A stretch of 26,893 nucleotides of DNA from Geosiphon pyriformis uo1 (taxonomy: Eukaryota > Fungi > Glomeromycota), in NCBI GenBank assembly GCA_016748015.1, contig JAAOMT010000306.1, forward strand, positions 1-26,893. Reading direction: 5' to 3'. This document shows positions 23,050 to 26,893 of the stretch, in pieces; the stretch's first letter is position 1; the number at the start of each line of letters is the position of its first letter. The position numbers were made by a program, and so were the translations under genes. The notes beneath the pieces were generated by a model. The model was given only the letters and a program-made list of their open reading frames with translations, was not told where the DNA came from and searched no databases.

Positions 23050-23690
23050 AGAAAAATATTAAGAACATAATATTTTAGACACTATTGGTTATTACAAAAC
23101 ATTATATATTCTTTACATTGTTAAATGTTTATCTGCTTTAATTATTGAATTTAAGTTTTTTTGGTTAGATAGATGTAACTTGTAATTTGATGGTAAGTTA
23201 TGACTTTATCTTCATAGTTATATTCAGCAATTTTGAAAGTGTATTTAATATATTCAGCTTTTTTTATTTAATAAACATCTTTTTGGGTTTTTTTATTGAT
23301 TAGACCTATAGCCAATTTATAGATCATTTTAATATTATATAGGTAATAATAGAGTTTGTTAAAAGCACTGTTATATACTGTATTAAATCAAATTTTTTTT
23401 TTAACTTTTTTGTAATTGAAAGTACATATTAACAAGTTTGATTACAGACTTCTTCTTTTATTATAATATTGATCTAGTTGTATTTTTTTGGTAACATTTT
23501 TTTACATATAAAACAAGACATATTGTTTCATTTTTTATTTTGTTTGGAGTATTTAAATTACTTTTGATAACAAGTTTTATAGTAATAGCAAGTATGTATT
23601 TCATATTTTTTTTCTAAAAATATACAAGCTTCCATAGATAAAAGCTTTTTGTTGCAGTTTTTACACTTAAGTAGAATATAAAATAGTTGT
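23050..23690 (-). pseudogene. Cysteine-rich domain of E3, homologous to E1 4555-5200
   Basis: LKCKNCNKKL...YYYKTC...K*NNMSCFIC...VCNQTC*Y...QCKEYIMFCNNQ*CLKY. Confidence 0.65.
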
Positions 23691-23899
23691 TTTTATAATT
23701 CTGATTTAGAATGCCAAACTTTGTTTCAACTACTGGTTTTTTTAAAAATTTCTTGTTTTGTTTCTTTAGTCTAATTGGATATTAATCCAAGAATTATGTA
23801 GGTTTTAGTAATTGGTATTTTTTTTAAATTTAAACACAGAGGCTTTTTTTGATTATTTGTTAAAAGTATTATATATAGTAAGCATTCTAGTATATTGTT

Positions 23900-24228
23900 T
23901 TTAATATAAAATTTTAAGTTTTTGGGTTTTTAATCTAAGTTTGTATTGGTTTTGAGAAGCCAATTATTTTTAATAAATGCTTAATATTGAAATGTATTTA
24001 TAATTAAGACTTTTATTAAAATAGTAATTCTATTAATTGTGAAAAGAAAATTATTTTTTTTTTTTACTAAAGTCTTTTTTATATTATTGGCTATTACAAT
24101 TATTGTTTGGACTGATCTGTCTATATTTTAATTAAATTGTTGCATTAGTTGGTAGGTAATAATACTTTTGGCAGATTTATTGTTTAAAATTAACCAAATT
24201 TGCTTTTTTTCTACTTTAGTTTTAATAT
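23900..24228 (-). pseudogene. E3 aspartic protease (decayed)
   Basis: KVEKKQIWLILNNKSAKSIITYQLM (LILDSGSAGSII after G>A reversal), KNNWLLK. Confidence 0.7.
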
Positions 24229-24835
24229 TATTACTTATAAAAATTAAAAGTATTGTATATTTAGAAGATTAGCCAATCAGAAGTAAGCATAATAACAGAG
24301 GAATTTCAGGATTATTCTAAAGAAATTGCAGGATTTCAGAATTCCAAAATTTCAGAATTTCTCTAAAGAAATTGTAGAATTCCAGAAATTTTGTATAATA
24401 CCAATTATGTATATATAACAGTAGCATTAGAAGCAAAAAAAGACAGAATTCAGTTCAGTTTTAATTTAGCATCTCCTTTTTTATCTATTAATTAATCTTC
24501 ATTTCACAGATAGTTACTATTAACCAAAGTGAATTCATTAATCATATCAAATAAAACATACTTATTATCATTTAATTTATATTATTATTATTTAATTAAG
24601 AATTTTTATCCAATTTCTATTATCAATACTTAATCATATTGAAAAAATAGCTTTTAATCATGACTATTAACAGAATACTAATTTTTTATTTTCTTTTATT
24701 TTCTTTTATTTATTTATTTATTTTTATTTTGTTGTTTTATTGTTTTATTAACTGATTAAAGAATTAACACATAGAGTACTGACATCAAAAATAGCATTGA
24801 TAAAAGACCCAAAAATAAGAATAAACACTCGAAAT
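24229..24835 (+). repeat. LTR family C, 3'-truncated copy
   Basis: Colinear with 10043-9552 (minus) and 8590-9220; homology stops near 24835. Confidence 0.75.
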
Positions 24836-24855
24836 TTAAAACAACAAACTTTGTT

Positions 24856-25158
24856 CCTAAAGCTATACAAAAATAAATTTACAATAAATTTAAGACAACA
24901 ACTGGATTAACAAACACTTATTACAAACTTAAACAGCTTTTAAACTTTATAATCGATTTAATATTTGTAAAAATGTCCTACAAAATCTAATACTCCAATT
25001 AATAAAGATTTAATACATTAACAAATTCACAAAACTGAAATTTTAACAATTTTCAGACCAAATTATTTAAATCATTTTGGACTATTATTTCAATATTACA
25101 AATAGTATTTGAACTTTGATAAAGCTCAGTTTTGAGAAGAAAATTATGTTACTAGTAG
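24856..25158 (+). pseudogene. Second copy of family-B ORF3 C-terminal part, including PPT 25134-25143
   Basis: PKAIQK*IYNKFKTTTG...AFKLYNRFNICKNVLQ aligns to ORF 164-505; GAGAAGAAAA-TTA precedes the LTR. Confidence 0.65.
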
Positions 25159-26071
25159 AATTTTAGCCATTAAATTAACATAAAATTATCCTTATAATTC
25201 TTATTATTAATTAATATATATTATTATTATTTAAATTATTACTTATTATTTAATTAAATTATTAAATATTACTATAATCTAATTTGTACAATAAAAATTA
25301 AGATGATCAAATTACACAATATTTTGAATTATATAACATTCAAAAATTTGCAAAAATTTACCAAAATAATAAATAGTTTACTATTTAGTTAATAGTTTGC
25401 TAAAATAACTTGTAGTTTGTCAAATATATTTTTATTTTATCAAAATTATAATAAAAAAAAAATTCAAGTTTATAAATTAGTATTACAACAAGTTATATAA
25501 AAGAAAATATATCTTATTTATAGTAATTTTATTATAGATATCTTACTTGAAAATTATTTTTTTTAGAAAAAATTTCTTAATACAAATCAAATAAAAACTA
25601 AATACTTAAAAAATACAAAAATTTGTTAGTTAATATTTGAAATTCTAATTAATGTTTTAAAATTAAATTAGCTATTAATTTTAGTAATTTATTAATAACT
25701 TCAGGTTTAAATAAAAAACAATTTCCTTAACAAAATTTTATTTCTTTTATACTTCTATTATTTTTTTTTATTTTTTTTAATATAATTATTAAAGTAGTTT
25801 ACAGACAAAATTTTTGTAAAAAAGTTGACTTTTATAGCAAAATAATTACACATTTTTAATAAGTTTTTAGATAAGTAATTCCTAAAAATAAGTTGACTTT
25901 TATTACAAAGTAATTGGCATAAAATTAGCTATTCTACTTATAAGTCCAGCAGTTTAAATTATAGAAGATAATTTGAAAATAAATTCAGTTATCAGAGATT
26001 CAACAGTTTTCAAAAATGTGAATAAACAAATATTAACAACATTTAAAAAAAAACCAAAAATCTTAGTAATA
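25147..26071 (+). repeat. LTR family B, 3' LTR of a largely deleted element
   Basis: TGTTACT...AGTAATA, colinear with 22057-23013, preceded by PPT and ORF3. Confidence 0.8.
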
Positions 26072-26893
26072 ATATTTCTAAAAATGTGTCATAATTTTCT
26101 AAAAATGTACTTACTTATTAAATACTATTTTTCTATTAGTTTATTTTTATAATCTGTTTTTTTTGTACTTTTTTTCTATGAGTAACAATAATAATAAAAA
26201 TTTCACCTAATGACTTTTATGACCAATTTGGTTTTTTGTTAATTAGAATAGTTTATTTGCTTGGTATTGTTAAGTTTTTTGTAGTTAGTTTTGGTTTGTA
26301 TAAAATATGTTTGTTTTTTTTAAGCATAGACAATAATACAGAAGTTTATATAAATATGTAGTATTGTTTTAATTATTTTAAATAACTGGTCATATATAGC
26401 AAGTATATAAGTTACATTTAATTAGATTTATTTAGTTTGTTTTTGTATACTAGATAGTGATTAAGTTGTATTCATTAATAATAATAATAATAAAAATTAA
26501 ACCAAAAGTTATTTAAATACTATTTTAATTATTAAAAAACAAATTACTATAATTAATAATAATAAAATACATACTATTATTAAGTCAAAAAAATTATTAA
26601 TAGAAAAAAATTAATAATAAAATATATAATAATAATTATATTATTGTTTTTTAATATAATTAAAAAAACAATTAAAAAAATTTATATAAAAAACAAATAA
26701 GCTTTAAATTAATTTAATAAAATTATAAAAAACATAAAACCCTTATAAAAATACAATAAAAATATATCCAATATTTTTTCTTATTTATTTATTTCTCTTT
26801 TTTAATTTTTTATCTTTAAGTATTTAAATATTTGTAAATAAAAAACTAATTGGTATTTCTTAATTTGTATTGTTAAAATTAATTTAAAAAATA

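Larger units (their letters stand above)
10044..24228 (-). mobile_element. E3: old, heavily decayed Ty3/gypsy element in three pieces (10044-11028, 18683-22056, 23014-24228), interrupted by E2 and a solo LTR-B; own LTRs and gag not seen
   Basis: Minus-strand order PR-Cys-rich-dUTPase-RT-RH-IN-ORF3; translation is continuous across both insertions. Confidence 0.85.

Noticed and set aside
24225-26075. Chimeric LTR-C/LTR-B unit bracketed by ATAT as one insertion
   Set aside because: The flanks do not rejoin: the left is E3 protease and the right does not supply its upstream codons. ATAT is common here; deletion between separate insertions is simpler.
26480-26893. Gene or structured RNA in the extreme AT-rich tail
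   Set aside because: Low complexity, no ORF or recognisable motif.

Overview
AT-rich, strongly CpG-depleted eukaryotic DNA made almost entirely of nested, decayed Ty3/gypsy LTR retrotransposons. I see no host gene, rRNA, tRNA or CRISPR array. The protein fragments resemble gypsy elements I recall from Glomeromycotina fungi (Geosiphon-like); this is inference only. Element E2 (+, 11029-18682) is full length: two LTRs, ATAT target-site duplication (TSD), tRNA-Met-type PBS, gag, a U UUA AAC -1 frameshift site, pol (PR-RT-RH-IN, no chromodomain), an extra ORF3 and a PPT. E2 sits inside the integrase of an older element, E3 (-, 10044-24228). E1 (-, 1675-10043) is 3'-truncated and its 5' LTR is split by an inverted solo LTR of the same family (CCAT TSD). 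Further LTRs of families B and C lie at both ends. Most notable: (i) retrovirus-like accessory cargo, namely a multi-CxxC domain plus dUTPase between protease and RT (E1, E3) and a non-env ORF3 running through the PPT, with homologues in three families; (ii) the two E2 LTRs differ by about 45 substitutions that are all transitions, on both strands and mostly outside CpG, suggesting RIP-like or pan-context cytosine mutagenesis. All alignments and counts are manual.
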